Source: the human T2T-CHM13v2.0 reference genome, Homo sapiens. Taken from it: a DNA stretch of 64,000 nucleotides. The stretch lies in assembly GCF_009914755.1 (NCBI RefSeq), contig NC_060940.1; one strand, given 5' to 3'. The notes beneath the pieces were generated by a model that saw only the letters and a program-made list of their open reading frames with translations, was not told the origin of the DNA and did not search any database. The stretch's first letter is position 1; every line of letters begins with the position of its first letter. Below, one piece after another: positions 1 through 60,823 of the stretch. The position numbers and the translations under genes were made by a program.

Positions 1-1555
<1,555 letters not shown>

Positions 1556-1597
1556 TCGGCGTTACTATTCTAGTCCAACCTCCTACTTACCCGGTAA

Positions 1598-40811
<39,214 letters not shown>

Positions 40812-40911
40812 ACAATCCAAAAAAGAAACCAGTTCTTCCCCCAAAGTATTCAATGCTTAGAATACTAAAAGGTTTTCTTTGAATGTATATGTTTCTGAAA
40901 GTCATTTTTTA

Positions 40912-41633
<722 letters not shown>

Positions 41634-42114
41634 TAAGCGATGAGATCTGTGTGGCATTTCTAGCGCTCTCTAAATTATGTCTCTGGCATATTTTAATCAC
41701 TGGAAACTCAAAGAGTGGAAGAGTGGAAGTGCGAAGGAATCTCAGGTAGCTCTTAACTAATTCGCCAGCAGTGAAGAAACTTCAACCAATCATGTTTTCC
41801 TTGAATTTTGCAAAGAAAGAAAATCCAAAGCATTGCTTGGATGTTCTTTTAAGGCATTTTATATCAGTTGAACCTTAAACTGAAATATGAAGACAAGCTT
41901 TATAAACTAGTTTTTTGATATGAAGTATATCAATTATGTTTGCCTTTTGTGAAGAAGTAAATGAGTTGAATTTGTATTTCACTTACTAGATTATACTAAT
42001 GAGCTAATGGGGTCATTGCCATCCTCCCTACTCATGACTTTGATGAGTTATTGCTGTAACATCACTTCTTGATTTAATTTGATATGGAATCAGAATTGGG
42101 AGAAGGTATTTTTA

Positions 42115-42178
42115 AATAAACAACTTTTTAATGGAAAGTTTTGTGTCTTACAAAATCTTTTTTAAGATACCAAATAAA
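42115..42178 (+). terminator. Proximal polyadenylation signals
   Basis: AATAAA at 42115-42120 (followed by gttttgtgtctt) and at 42173-42178. Confidence 0.55.
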
Positions 42179-42997
42179 GGGTTATTAGTAGAAAATGAGA
42201 TGATACTATTCGTGGATATTTGTTTGCTAATGCATATTGCTTGGAATATATGTGAGACATTAAAAAAATGACAGCACGACTTTGCAGCATTACCTCTCAG
42301 TGTCTTCGAAGTACTAGGTGACAGCTGGGGCTCGAGGGAGTTTCCCTGTGCATCATTGTCTCGGCTGGGCCTCTGAACCGGCTTCATTGTCCATCCGTTT
42401 GCCTGATGAGAAGGGAAATTTGAAAATTTCTGTACAGTTGATCTCAGTTGCCCTGACAAAAGGCCCAATCCCCAGTACAGGACTTAATTTTAATTCACTG
42501 CTTCCACAGCAGCACAAAATGAGCTAGTAGTGTTAGATTTCATCTGCACTGTGATGTATTTTACAGTTTTCACCTATATGATATAGACTGTTGGGAAACC
42601 AAGATTGTTTCCCAGCCCTAAGAGTTCCTAGCCCATGGCACCAAGTAAAATAACCCAAATTGTGTATATGGTGGGAAAACAGAAATGTATACCATATACA
42701 ACACCTCGCTTTATTATGGTCCTTGCTCATGAATTTTAAGGTATATATGTATGTTTAGTGATCATTTCAGCTAAATGATTGGCCCAAGCATGTCTCCTTG
42801 GAGAACGACTCTTCCAAAAAAGAAAGTATTAGAGTTCTCTCTGCCTCAATTATTTATAAAATATAATTATTTTCAAGGAGAAAAAAGTTCCTCATTCTGT
42901 TTATTCTTCCCCACAGTTTCTGACCTATAAACAATATCCAGGATATTTAGCACAGGACCTAGTATATAGTCGACTCTTCATAAATATTTGTTGAGTA

Positions 42998-43045
42998 AAT
43001 AAATGCTGGTGATTTTCTCGTTGTTTTGTGTGTGATTTTCTGTTT
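42998..43045 (+). terminator. Distal polyadenylation signal
   Basis: AATAAA 42998-43003 followed about 20 nt later by a GU-rich downstream element, ttgttttgtgtgtgattttctgttt. Confidence 0.7.
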
Positions 43046-44491
43046 TACTAAGCAAGCTCTAAAGCAGCTGTTGAATGCAGAATCATCCTTAAACACGGTA
43101 GAAGATGAGATGACACTGAAGATGTGCCATCCTAAAAATCTCTTAGATTCTGAGGCATGGATAATTGGGTCTGGATTTCTCCCATTCAACTTTACCACTC
43201 TAACGACACAAAAGAAGGGAAAACAACTCATAAATACAGCATACAGTTTTAACTATTTACATAATAACTCAATAGAGCATGCAAGTATTATTCATGGCAC
43301 AGGATAATGGAGAGCTTTTTCTGTATGACCATAGGGGAAAAAAAGTCTGCTTTAAAATATACTTATTTGAAAATCACCCAGAATAGCCCGTTAGAAATAC
43401 ACACTGGAGGCCAAGCATTTTGGGAGGTCGAGGTGGGCAGATCACTTAAGGTGAGGAATTTGAGACCAGCCTGGCCAACATAGTGAAATCCCATCTCTAC
43501 AAAAATACAAAAACTAGCTGGGTGTGGTAGCATGCACCTGCAATCCCAGCTACTTGGGAGGCTGAGGCAGGAGAAACTCAAACCTGGGAGGTGGAGGTTG
43601 CAGTGAGCCAAGATTCCACCACTGCACTCCAGCCTGGGCAACAGAGCAAGACTCCACCTCAAAAAAAAAATAATTAGCCAGGTGTGATGGCCCATGCCTG
43701 TAATCCCAGCTACTCAGGAGGCTGAGGCATGAGAATCACTTGGATCCAGGAGGTGAAGGTTGCAATAAGCCAAGATTGCACCAGTGCACTTTAGCCTGGG
43801 CAACAGAGTGAGCTCTGTTAAAAAAAAGAAAGAAATATACACTGTTCAGGCATAGTGGCTCACACCTGTAATCCCAGCACTTCGGGAGTCCAAGACGGGT
43901 GAATCACTTGAGCTCTGGAGTTTGAGACCAGCCTGGGCAACATAGGGAAGCTTTGTCTCTGCTAAACATAAAAAAAATTAGCTGAGCTTGGTGGCGCACA
44001 CCTGTAGTTTCAGCTACTTGGGAGGCTAAGGCAGGAGGATGGCTTGAGCCTAGGAGATTGAGGCTGTAGTGAATCATGATTCCATCCTAAGCAACAGTGC
44101 AAAACCTTTCTTAAAAAAAAAAAAAAAAGGTTGGGGGCTGGGCGCAGTAGCTCACACTTGTAATCCCAGCACTTTAGAAGGCCAAGATGGGCAGATCACT
44201 AGAGCCCAGGAGTTCGAGACCAGCCTGGCCAACATGGCAAAACCCTGTCTCTACTAAAAATACAAAAATTAGCCGGATGTGGTGGCATGCCCCTGTAGTC
44301 CCAGCTACTGGGAAGCTGAGGCAGGACAATCGCTTGAACATGGGAGGCGGAAGTTGCAGTGAACTCAGATCACGCCACTGCACTCCAGTCTGGGCGGTAA
44401 GACTCTGTCTCAAAAAAAAAGGGGAGCTGGCCGGGCGTGAAGGCTCACACCTGTAATCCCAGGACTTTGGGAGGGCGAGGTGGGTGGATCA

Positions 44492-45010
<519 letters not shown>

Positions 45011-45029
45011 ATACTCAAGAGTCAAAGTT

Positions 45030-45325
45030 TGATAAATTATTATTTGTTTTTTACTAATTCATCAACTACAGTCTTGGGTGCAGCTTGCTTTGTTTTTCCT
45101 CTAAGTGCGTGATTGGGGAGAATGCAGTGATAATTAGTAGTTTGGTGCCCATGCCCTGATTCATACTAGACACCAGCAGTTTCATCCCATCACTTTAGTG
45201 TCCACAGCCCCAGTGTGCCACCACAGCAAAAAAAGCCAAGTCGCATTTAGTATTGTGAAAACAGTATTGACCTCATGACCCCCCCCGAAAAGGATCTGTG
45301 GAACACACTTTGAGAACTACTGGTC
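45030..45325. mobile_element. hAT-type DNA transposon fragment (subfamily not assigned)
   Basis: Ends with a hAT-like terminus cacactttgagaactactg followed by gtctaga. Confidence 0.55.
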
Positions 45326-45603
45326 TAGAAAGAGCTAGAAAGAGAAAATAAGGAGGATTGAGACGAAGTTGTGAAGAAATCTAGTAAGTGCTGGCCTGGT
45401 TGGAGAATGAACCTGAAAAGAAACACAGAAGGAGTCCCCTGAGATGTAGAAGGAACCAGAAGGCTGAGTGCAGTGGCTCACACCAGTACCCCTAGCACTT
45501 TGGGAGGCCTAGGTAGGAGGACCACTTGAAGCCAGGAGTTTGAGACCAGCCTGGGCAACAAAGCAAGACCCCGCCTCTACATTTTATACATTTTATTGAT
45601 TGA

Positions 45604-45828
<225 letters not shown>

Positions 45829-46041
45829 TGATCCACCTGCCTCTGCTTCCCAAGGTGCTGGGATTACAGGTGTCCCACAGCCACAGATCCTGGCCTCATT
45901 TTATACATTCTAAAAGAAAAAAAAAAAAAAACAGAAGAGTGCAGTCAAGAAGTAAGGGAGTGGCCAGGCACAGTGGCTCATGCCTGTAATTCCAGCACTT
46001 TGGGAGGCCAGGGCCGGTGATCACTTGAGGCTAGAAGTTCA

Positions 46042-46417
<376 letters not shown>

Positions 46418-47161
46418 TCAGGTTGGAGGGAGTTGGGGGAGTGTGAGATGGGAGGAAATGGAGCCGGTGAAGTCAAAGCAGTCTTCAGAGGAACGTATGA
46501 AGGAGAAAACAAAGAGACAGCCACAGCTGAAGGAAGGAGTCACAATTGCTAATGTCCTCCTCCTGCATAAATGGATGAACTGGTGATGCAGAGGATTTGG
46601 AAGAGGGAGCAAAGGAAAATGCTAAGATGACGCTTGGGTTTCCCACTTAGGGAATGGACTGAATAGTGGTCTATTGAGATGGAAAACAAGGCCTAAGGTA
46701 GGTAGAACACACCTGTAGTTTGAGGTGAGAAAGCATTTTCCTACGAAATCTTAATTTCCTTTTTAAGGAAGTTTTTGGGTTCTTTACTCCCAAACCTCAA
46801 AGCCTGCCTACTGCTTCTGTTGGTTTACACACACACGTACACAATCAAGAGCTTCAAAATCTTACATGGTCTTGTTCTGTTGCCCAGGCTAGAGTGCAGT
46901 GGCATGAACATGGACCACTGCAGCCTCAACCTCCTGGACTCAGGCAATCCTCCAACATCAGCCTCCCAAGTAGCCGGGACCACAGGCACATGCCACCATG
47001 CCCAGATCATTTTTTTTTTTAATTTTTGTAGAGACGGGGTCTTGCTATGTTGCCCAGGCTGGTCTCAAACTCTGGGGCTCAAGTGATCCGCCCACCTCCA
47101 CCTCCCAAAGTGCTGGGAGTACGGACATGAGCCACTGTGTCTAACAAGGTCTTAATTTTAA

Positions 47162-47504
<343 letters not shown>

Positions 47505-48154
47505 TGAATTAAAAGTACATATTAATTTATCTAAGAACAAAAAAAGTTACGTCTTCATATCATGGAAGATTCTCAATTTTTGCTCATCAGAGAAATGTAT
47601 ATCTTTAATTGGGACTATTTTGGTCCACTTAATTGAGCATTTTCTTCTTTTAGTGAACAGAATTAACTTGAGTCATTTTATTCTATGCAGTGAGAAATTA
47701 TAAACAAGTGGTTTTGAGAGTTTGCTTAAATGTATTTTTATCCCTCCTGCTCTTATATAGGAGTCCTAATTATGAGAACACAGTTGCCCTAAAATTTTTA
47801 CATTTTCAGCAATGTATGCTTGCCCATGAAAAGAACACATTCTTTTTGAATAAAGAATCTACTATCTTCAATTTCTTCCATTTAGTAAGAGCAAAACCAG
47901 GGCCAGGTGCAGTGGTCACGCCTATAATCCCAGCACTTTGGGAGGCTGAGGCAGACGGGTTCCTTGAGCTCAGGAGTTTGAGACCAGCCTGGGCAACATA
48001 GCGAGTCCTCATTTCAAAAAAAAAAAGAGAGTGAAACCAGGAAAAACACTTTTCTACTCTCATTTGTGGGAACCAATATCGCAAGTTTATTTAACATAAA
48101 GATAATTAGTTATTCAAGTAAAATAAGAAGAAGTTTTTTTTTATTTTGTTTTGA

Positions 48155-48508
<354 letters not shown>

Positions 48509-49238
48509 TGATTCCAGCTGCTCAGGAGGCCACGGCAGGAGGATTGCATGAGCCTGGGAGTTTGAGGCTGCGGTGAAAATACATAGATAAATAAAGGAAT
48601 AATGGATTTGCTTTTAGGCCCATCAGATTTTAAATTACATATAGTGGAACAGGTACAGAACATGGAGCTGAAGTGATTTTCACAAAGCTGTTTCAAATAA
48701 TCACCTTCATTTTTTTTCATTTTTTAAAAGAATTTTAAATAAAAAAGAAATAGAGACAGGGTCTCCCTTTGTTGTCCAGGCTGGTCTCAAACTCCTGGGC
48801 TCAGGCAATCCACCTGCCTCAGCCTCCCAAAGTGCTGGGATTACAGCGATGAGCCACCATGTCTAGCCTCCTTTTTTCTTTCAAAGATGAATGTACAAAA
48901 ACGGAAATTAAGTTTAAAATCATTAGAGTCTTTAAAACATTACACACTGCAATGAAATAGACAACTGCATATTGCACACTTTCATGAAAATTTGCACATA
49001 AATTTAAAGCATTTCACAATTTGACAAAATATTCTCATAAACTACCAAAAAAGCCTTAAAGCTATATGAAAGATATGGAAATGTTCACTTTTGATCTGTC
49101 ACTTTCACCTTAAATAATAAGGTAAAATAAGTTCTGAAAATTTCAGATGACATTTTCCATTGCTGTATTGAAAGAAGATATACTTCCTATTTTCTTAAAG
49201 TTGTGTTTAATAAAACAGGTAATACCCATGCATGATAA

Positions 49239-49577
<339 letters not shown>

Positions 49578-49895
49578 TAATTCTTGAAAAGTATTTTGGG
49601 TTGGGCATGGTGGCTTACATCTGTAATCCCAGGACTTTGGAAGGCCAAGGTGGGAGGATAGCTTGAGACTAGAAGTTTGAGGCCACCTGGCCAACACAGC
49701 AAGACCCTATTTCTATTTTTTTTTTTTTAAAGAAAAGTTTTGTTTTGTTTTGTTGAGACAGGGTCTGGCTCTGTCACCTAGGCTGGAGTGCAGTGGTGTG
49801 ATCTTGGCTCACTGTAACCTCTGGCTTAAACTAACCTCCCACCTCAGCCTCCCAAGTTGCTGGAACCACAGGCACGTGCCACCATGCCCGGCTAA

Positions 49896-50165
<270 letters not shown>

Positions 50166-51086
50166 TGATTCCGTGCTCACCACGCTGGTTCCCTGCAGGT
50201 GCTGGAAGGTGAGAAAGTCCCTGTCCCTTCCTGCCTTCCAAGACTCACTGACAAGAATGAGAAGCCTGAGAAATCTCTGTGGTATGTGGGATGACACCGC
50301 CCAATGAATTCTGAAAGAAACAGGAGAAAAGAGGCACTAAAGCCTATGTAGAAGCTTGAGGAAGAGAATGTGGCCTGTGCAGTTGGAGTCCCGCCTTCCT
50401 GCCCTCATCCTGACATTCTGGTGACACCAGCCTGACTTCCAGCTGCCACCCACTGTATTTCCCTGCCTGAGGACTTCCTTGAGCCCCCAGGTCCTCCTTT
50501 GCCACAGAATGACAGGTCAGAAGTGCAGGGAGTGGACTAACCTGCCCCAATCCCTCCATGGATGACTGACAGGTGGAGGTGCACAAAGGTCCCACACTCC
50601 TGCCCCTTAGGCTGGAGGATCAGATGCGCATTCTACATTGGCTCCCAGAGTTCTCTAGCAGATTAGGTTTTAGAGGCTCCCAGGGGACCCTGCTGGAAAA
50701 CACACCCACTGTTGCTCCCATCCCTTCCCTACTGGAATTCCCCTCTGCCCACTGTGTTTCTTGGGATTACCTACCTCCCACACGACTGGTTGCACTTGAA
50801 ACCTTGGGAGAACTCAAGGCAACGCAAGACATATTTGAGTTATATAGATAGACAGATAGAGGGAGAGAGTGTGTGTTTTGTTCTGTTTTTTGTTTTTGTT
50901 TGTTTGTTTGTTTTGTTTTGTTTTGTTTTTAGTGCTGAAGTCTCCCTCTCACCCAGGCTGGAGTGCAGTGGTGCAATCATAGCTCACTGCAGCCTCAAAA
51001 ACTCCCAGGCTCAAGAGAACCTCCTGCCTCAGCCTCCAAGTAGATGGGACTATGGGTGCCCACAGCCACTCCTGGCAATGTTTTAA

Positions 51087-51316
<230 letters not shown>

Positions 51317-51558
51317 TGAACTCCTAGCCTGAAATGATCCACCCACTTTGGCCTCCCAAAGTGCTGAAATTACAGGCATAAGCCACGATGCCCAGCTTTT
51401 AAGTTATATTCAAGTTGTTCTTTGAAGTAGGGGAAATGTCTTTCTGTGTGTGTCTAAGATATGCAAGTTCATAAATTTACATTCTGTGTGTGTAAGAGTT
51501 CTATTCATTAGTCACACCTGTGGAGTAGTGCTTGTCAATGTGTAGGGCAATTATATTA

Positions 51559-51891
<333 letters not shown>

Positions 51892-52098
51892 TTAGCCGAG
51901 CATGATGGCATGTACCTGCCGTCCCAGCTACTCAGGAGGCTGAGGCATGAGAATCGCTTGAACCCAGTACGTGGAGGTTGCAGTGAGCCAAGATCACATC
52001 ACTGCACTCTAGCCTGGGCAACAACAAGAGAGCAAGACTCTGTCTTAAAAAAAAAAAATCTAGACTCTGTCTAAAGAAAGAAAAATCTAGACTCTAAA

Positions 52099-52121
52099 AT
52101 ATATATATGTGTATATATATG

Positions 52122-52157
<36 letters not shown>

Positions 52158-52192
52158 TATGTGTGTGTATATATATACACATATATATATAT
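52099..52192. repeat. (TA)n/(TG)n compound microsatellite
   Basis: atatatatgtgtatatatatgtatatatgtatgtgtgtgtgtgtatatat... Confidence 0.95.
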
Positions 52193-52195
52193 AAA

Positions 52196-54663
<2,468 letters not shown>

Positions 54664-55063
54664 GGGCCAGGCGCAGTGGTTCATGCCTGTAATCCCAAGC
54701 ACTTTGGGAGGCCAAGGCAGGAGAATTGCTTGAACCAAGGAGGCGGAGGTTGCAATGAGCCGAGATGCACTATTGCACTCCAGCCTGGGTGACAAAGTGA
54801 GACTCTGTCTCAAAAAAAATAGAAAAAGAAAAAGAAATAGTGAAGGGGCCAGGCGCTGTAGCTCATGCCTGTAATCCCAGCACATTGGGAAGCTGAGGTG
54901 GGACGATTGCTTGAGATCAGGACTTTGAGACCAGCCTGGGCAATATAGTGAGACCTTGTCTCTATAACAAAATCAAGAAAATTAGCCAGGCATGGTGGCA
55001 TGTACCTGTAGTCTCAGCTACTTGGAGAATGAGGTGAAAGAATCGCTTGAGCCTGGGAGGTCA

Positions 55064-55405
<342 letters not shown>

Positions 55406-55485
55406 TTAGGCCAGGAGGCAGAGGCTGCAGTGAGCCAAAATCACACCACTGCACTCCAACCTGGGTGACAGAAAGAGACCCATCT

Positions 55486-55568
55486 AAGAAAGAAAGAAAG
55501 ATAGAAAGGAAGGAAGGAAGGAAGGAAGGAAGGAAGGAAGGAAGGAAATATGTTGAGAAAGAAAGAAA

Positions 55569-55636
<68 letters not shown>

Positions 55637-55699
55637 AAAAGAAAGAAAAAGAAAGAAAGAAAAAGGAAAGGGAAGGAAGGAAGGAAAGAAGGAAGGAAA
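55486..55699 (+). repeat. (GAAA)n/(GGAA)n polypurine microsatellite derived from an Alu tail
   Basis: Read directly from the sequence. Confidence 0.95.
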
Positions 55700-56819
55700 T
55701 ATGTTGAGATAGATCCTTCCTGATCATTCTTCTTTCCTCCTTCTCATCACTTGGGAATCTGAGGATGTGGCACCAGGATTCTCTGCTCCAGGAACACCAA
55801 TTTCCCCACTTGAGTTACCCATCCTTTGTGTCTCTTCTCCAGGAGCTCGCACTCCAACCAATTAAGAAAAGATTTGGCTACAATGACACATTGGCTGGAA
55901 GACACACCCACAAACCCATGGACCACCGGACTGTGAGTAACAGTCCTTACTTATGCCTCCTTGCACCCCAGTGTTAAATATTGGTAGAATGAATAAATGA
56001 ATGAATGAATGAAAGGCAAAGACAGCTATTTAGTCAAGTACCCAGATATTTCTTGAAAAGGATGTTATTGTGGCCAAGAGGCTGTGTGCCACCTTATTTA
56101 TTTATGTATGTCACCCAGACTGGAATGCAGTGGTGCAATAATAGCTCACTGCAGCCTCTAACTCCTGGCCTCAAGTGATCCTTCCAGCTTGACCTCCCAA
56201 AGCTCTGGGATTACCAGGTGTGAGCTTTGCCTGGCCTAAGCATAACTTTTGATCTTCATAGGATCCAAAGTCATGAACTTGTAGCCACGTTGACAACTTG
56301 TCCGGCTTGAACAGATTGAATAATCAAGCAGACGTAGCCATAGTGTCACCTGTGAGAAACTGCAATATTTTATAGCTGCTTTGTTTGTTTTTTTGAGATG
56401 GAGTTTCACTATGTTGCCCAGGGTGGTCTTGAACTTCCTGGACTCAAGCAATCCTCTCGCCTCAGCCTCCTGAGTGGCTGGAACTATAGGGACTCACCAC
56501 TGTGCTAGGCAAAATTGTAATGTCTTACAGACACATACACACACACAAAAAAAACTAATTATGATTTAAAAAGCTAGACAGAGATAATATCTTATAACTC
56601 AAGGTTTTTCAGCCATCAACACATAGATGTTGATTAATCATTCAACATTAATTATGGTTGTGTTTTTCAGGTCCTGTTTTAGAACTTTGAACAGGTCAAT
56701 AATCTTGTATTGCTGTGGTCACAGTCCCTTGCTAATTACTGAAGGTAAATAAGATGTGATCACAAGAAACAGTCCACTCACTGTGTCTCACATATTCTCT
56801 ATAGCCCTAAGAGAAATGA

Positions 56820-56987
<168 letters not shown>

Positions 56988-57556
56988 TGAGTAGCTGAGA
57001 TTATAGGTGCCCACCACCACACCTGGCTAACTTTTGTATTTTTAGTAGAGACAGGGTTTCACCATGTTGTCCAGGCTGGTCTCGTTCTCCTGACCTCAAG
57101 TGATCCATCTGCCTTGGCCTCCCAAAGTGCTGGGGTTACAGGTGTGAGTCATCGCACCCAGCTATATTGGCTAGTTTCAAAACAGATCAGGGGCTATCCA
57201 TTTGAAACCGTCCCACTAACATGATATGACAAGGTTTGTAAGTGATAAGCTTGGCAGCTTCGATTTCTGGCACAAGGTGTGTGGCCTCCCAGAGCTCTAG
57301 CCTGTCCTCTCTGACTCAGTTTTTCTTGCTCTGTAATGGGTTCTGTCCATTTGTCAGCCTGCAGATTTTCAGCTGGATTTTTTTTTCATGTCAGCCAAAT
57401 AAATACAGAAATTGCTCCCCCCACCCTGATTATAATCATTTTGGCCACATTTTTCAAAGCTTACTCTTAGACCATCCCAAAACTCCAGGGTAACTCCATA
57501 TTATTATTCAAATTTTTTCTCAAATTAAATGTCTGTTAGGCTGGTTACACAATCAC

Positions 57557-58543
57557 AATAAGGGAAAAGCTTGGCCCTTTCATTTTGCATTTTACCTCAG
57601 AGAAGGTCCTTGTGGCTTGACTTTGCACATTACTGGAAACAGAATTTGCCTTTCTGCTCCTTTGTGAGGTAGTCAAAGCACGATGTGCATGTGGTTCCAA
57701 ACACATTTAATTCTGTAGCTATTCTTTTGTTGAAGGCGCTCACCACAAAACATCCTGGAGGGGGATTACGGGGCAGGTGCAACAGACAAGGGTGTTTCCC
57801 GGATGGGGAAGGCAGAGCGCCAAGTAAAGGAGTAAGTGCTGAAGAAGGGATTTTACTTGAAATTGGAAGTCATAGGAGCTATTTGGTTTTGGGGGTGCAT
57901 GTTTAAGTGATACATTTATAGATTAAAAACGAAATTCAGGCCATGTGCTGTGGCTCACACCTGTAATCCAGTACCTGCAGAGCCCCTCCTGCCTTGGCCT
58001 CCCCCAGAAAAACAAAGAATTTCAGAGTCAATAGCACGTTATGTTTTGACTACATCACAAAGAAGCAGAAAAGGGCCAGGCACCGTGTCTCACGCCTGTA
58101 GTCCCAGCACTTTAGGAGGCTGAGGCAGGCCGATCTTTTGCGTTCAGGAGCTCAAGACCAGCCTGGCCAACGTGGTGAAACCTCGTCTCTACTGAAAATA
58201 CAAAAAAATTAATCGGGCATGGTGGCATGCACCTGTAGTCCCAGATACTTAGGATGCTGAGACAGGAGGATAGTTCGAACCCAAGAGACAGAGGTTGCAG
58301 TGGGTTGAGGTTGTGCCACTGTACTCCAGCCTGGGTGACAGAGTGAGTCTCCATCTCAAAAAAAACCCCCAAAACAAACAAATGACAACAACAAAAGCAG
58401 CAGAAAGGTAAATTCTTATTTTCCTCTTTTAAAAAAATTTCCTTTGTTTTAGGAATTCTTTTTCCAGACATGTGTCAAGCCAAGCCATGAGGGCCTTTTC
58501 CAAGGTAAAATGCAAAACAAGCGGGCCAAGCTTTTCCCTTATT
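57557..58543. repeat. Non-Alu inverted repeat, arms of about 130 bp (57557-57688 vs 58034-58543 with an Alu inserted)
   Basis: Manual reverse-complement alignment, roughly 80% identity. Confidence 0.88.
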
Positions 58544-58707
58544 TTTCCCTCCTTGCCTAGGAGTTTGAGACCAGCCTGGGCAACAGAGCAAGACCTCGTC
58601 CCTACAAAAAAATGAAAAAAAAGAAAACAAAAACAAAAACAAGTGGCTGGGTGCAGTGGCTCATGCCTGTAATCCCAGCACTTTGGGAAGCCGAGGTGGG
58701 CAGATCA

Positions 58708-58986
<279 letters not shown>

Positions 58987-59410
58987 TCAAGAGGCTGAGG
59001 TGGGAGGATTGCCTGGGTCCAGGAATTGGAGGCTGCTGTGAGCCATGATCACACCATTGCAGATCCAGCCTGGGTGACAGAGCGAGACCCTGTCTCAAAT
59101 AAATAAATAAATAACAGTTCAGAAGAGTATAAAGTGAAAGTCTCAATTTTTCATGGATTTCTTATGCTCTAGTTTTCCTCCCCTGGTCTTCTGTTACTTC
59201 CATGTATACCCTTCTAGAGATAGACGATGTGTATGCACATAGACAGGGCACTCTTATGACTGGTAACATATTATAACATTGGCCCACTTTGTTTGCTAAT
59301 TTGCTTTTCTGTAACAATATACTCATTCAACAAATATTTATTAAGTACCTAATGTATGCTTGAATCCTGTCCTATGTACTCAGGATAGAGCAATGAACAA
59401 ACCAATCAAT

Positions 59411-60823
59411 ATTAGTTTTCTATTGCTGTGTAACAAATTGTTGCAAATGCAGCAGTTTAAAGAAACACATTTAGTCTCTCTCAGTTTTTGTGGGTCTAGA
59501 GTCCATGCACTGTTTCCTTGAGTTATCTGTTTCAGGTTCTTGCCAGGCTGCAATCAAGCTATCAACAGTGCTGTGTTCTCATCTGGAGACTCAACTGGAG
59601 AAGAATTTGCTTCTAAGCCCACTCCAGTGGTTAGTGGACTTCATTTTCTTGTAGGAATAGGATGGAGAGCTTTGGATTTTTACCAGCTGTTGGCCAGAGG
59701 TCCTCAGTTCCTGGAGGCTGCCCCTGTGCAGTTGACAAGCAGCAGCTTGCTTCAGGCCAGGCCAGCAGAAGAAAGCATATCTGCTAGCAAGACGGAAGTC
59801 TTATTGGCTGGGCGCAGTGGCTCATGCCTGTAATCCCAGCACTTTGGGGGGCTGAGGCGGGTGAATCACCCGAGGTCAGGAGTTCAAGACCAGCCTAGCC
59901 AACCTGCCGAAACCCCATCTCTACTAAAAATGGAAAAATTAGCCAGGCGTGGTGGTGGGTGCCTATAATCCCAGCTACTCAAGAGGCTGAGGCAGGAGAA
60001 TCGCTTAAGCCCTGGAGGCAGAGGTTGCAGTAAGTTCACACTACAGCCTGGGTGACACAGCAAGACACACACACAAAAAAGCAATTATTTTTGTGTAGCT
60101 CTGTGTAACCTCGAATTTTTGGGCTCAAGCAATCCTCCTGCCTCAGCCTCCTGAGTAGCTGGGACTAAAGGCATGCACCACCATGCCCAGCTAATTTTTT
60201 TTTTTTTTTTAGACAGAGTTTTGCTCTTGTTGCCCAGGCTGAAGTGCAGTGGTGCGATCTCAGCTCACTGCAACCTCCGTCTTCTGGTTTCAAGTGATTC
60301 TCCTGCCTCAGCCTCCTGAGTAGCTGGGATTACAGGTATCCACCACCATGCCTGGCTAATTTTTGTATTGTTAGTAGAGACGGGGTTTCACCATGTTGGC
60401 CAGGCTGGTCTCGAACTCCTGACCTCATGATCTGCCCACCTCGGCCTCCCAAAGTGCTGGGATTACAGGCGTGAGCCACCGCACCTGGCCTGCCCAGCTA
60501 ATCTTTAATAAACTTTTTATAGAAACAGGGTCTCACTGTGTTGCCCAGGCTGGTCTTGTACTCCTGGCCTCAAGTGATCCTCCCACCTCAGTATCCCAAA
60601 GGGTTGGGATTGCAGGAAGGAGCCGCTGTGCCTGGTCAAGACTGAGTCTTATAAAGCAACATAATCATGGGAATCATATCCTATCACTTTGTCACATGCT
60701 ATTGGTTAGATGCAAATCACAGGTCCCACCCACACTGAAGGAGAGGGAATTACATAAAGACTTGAGCAGCAGGAAGTGGGGATCATGGGAGAGGAGACTA
60801 TCTTAAAGTCAGTCTGCCTTGCA
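59411..60823 (-). mobile_element. MLT1-family LTR interrupted by Alus (59807-60640)
   Basis: tattagttttctattgctgtgtaacaaatt... and ...ctattggttagatgcaaatcacaggtcccacccacact. Confidence 0.75.
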
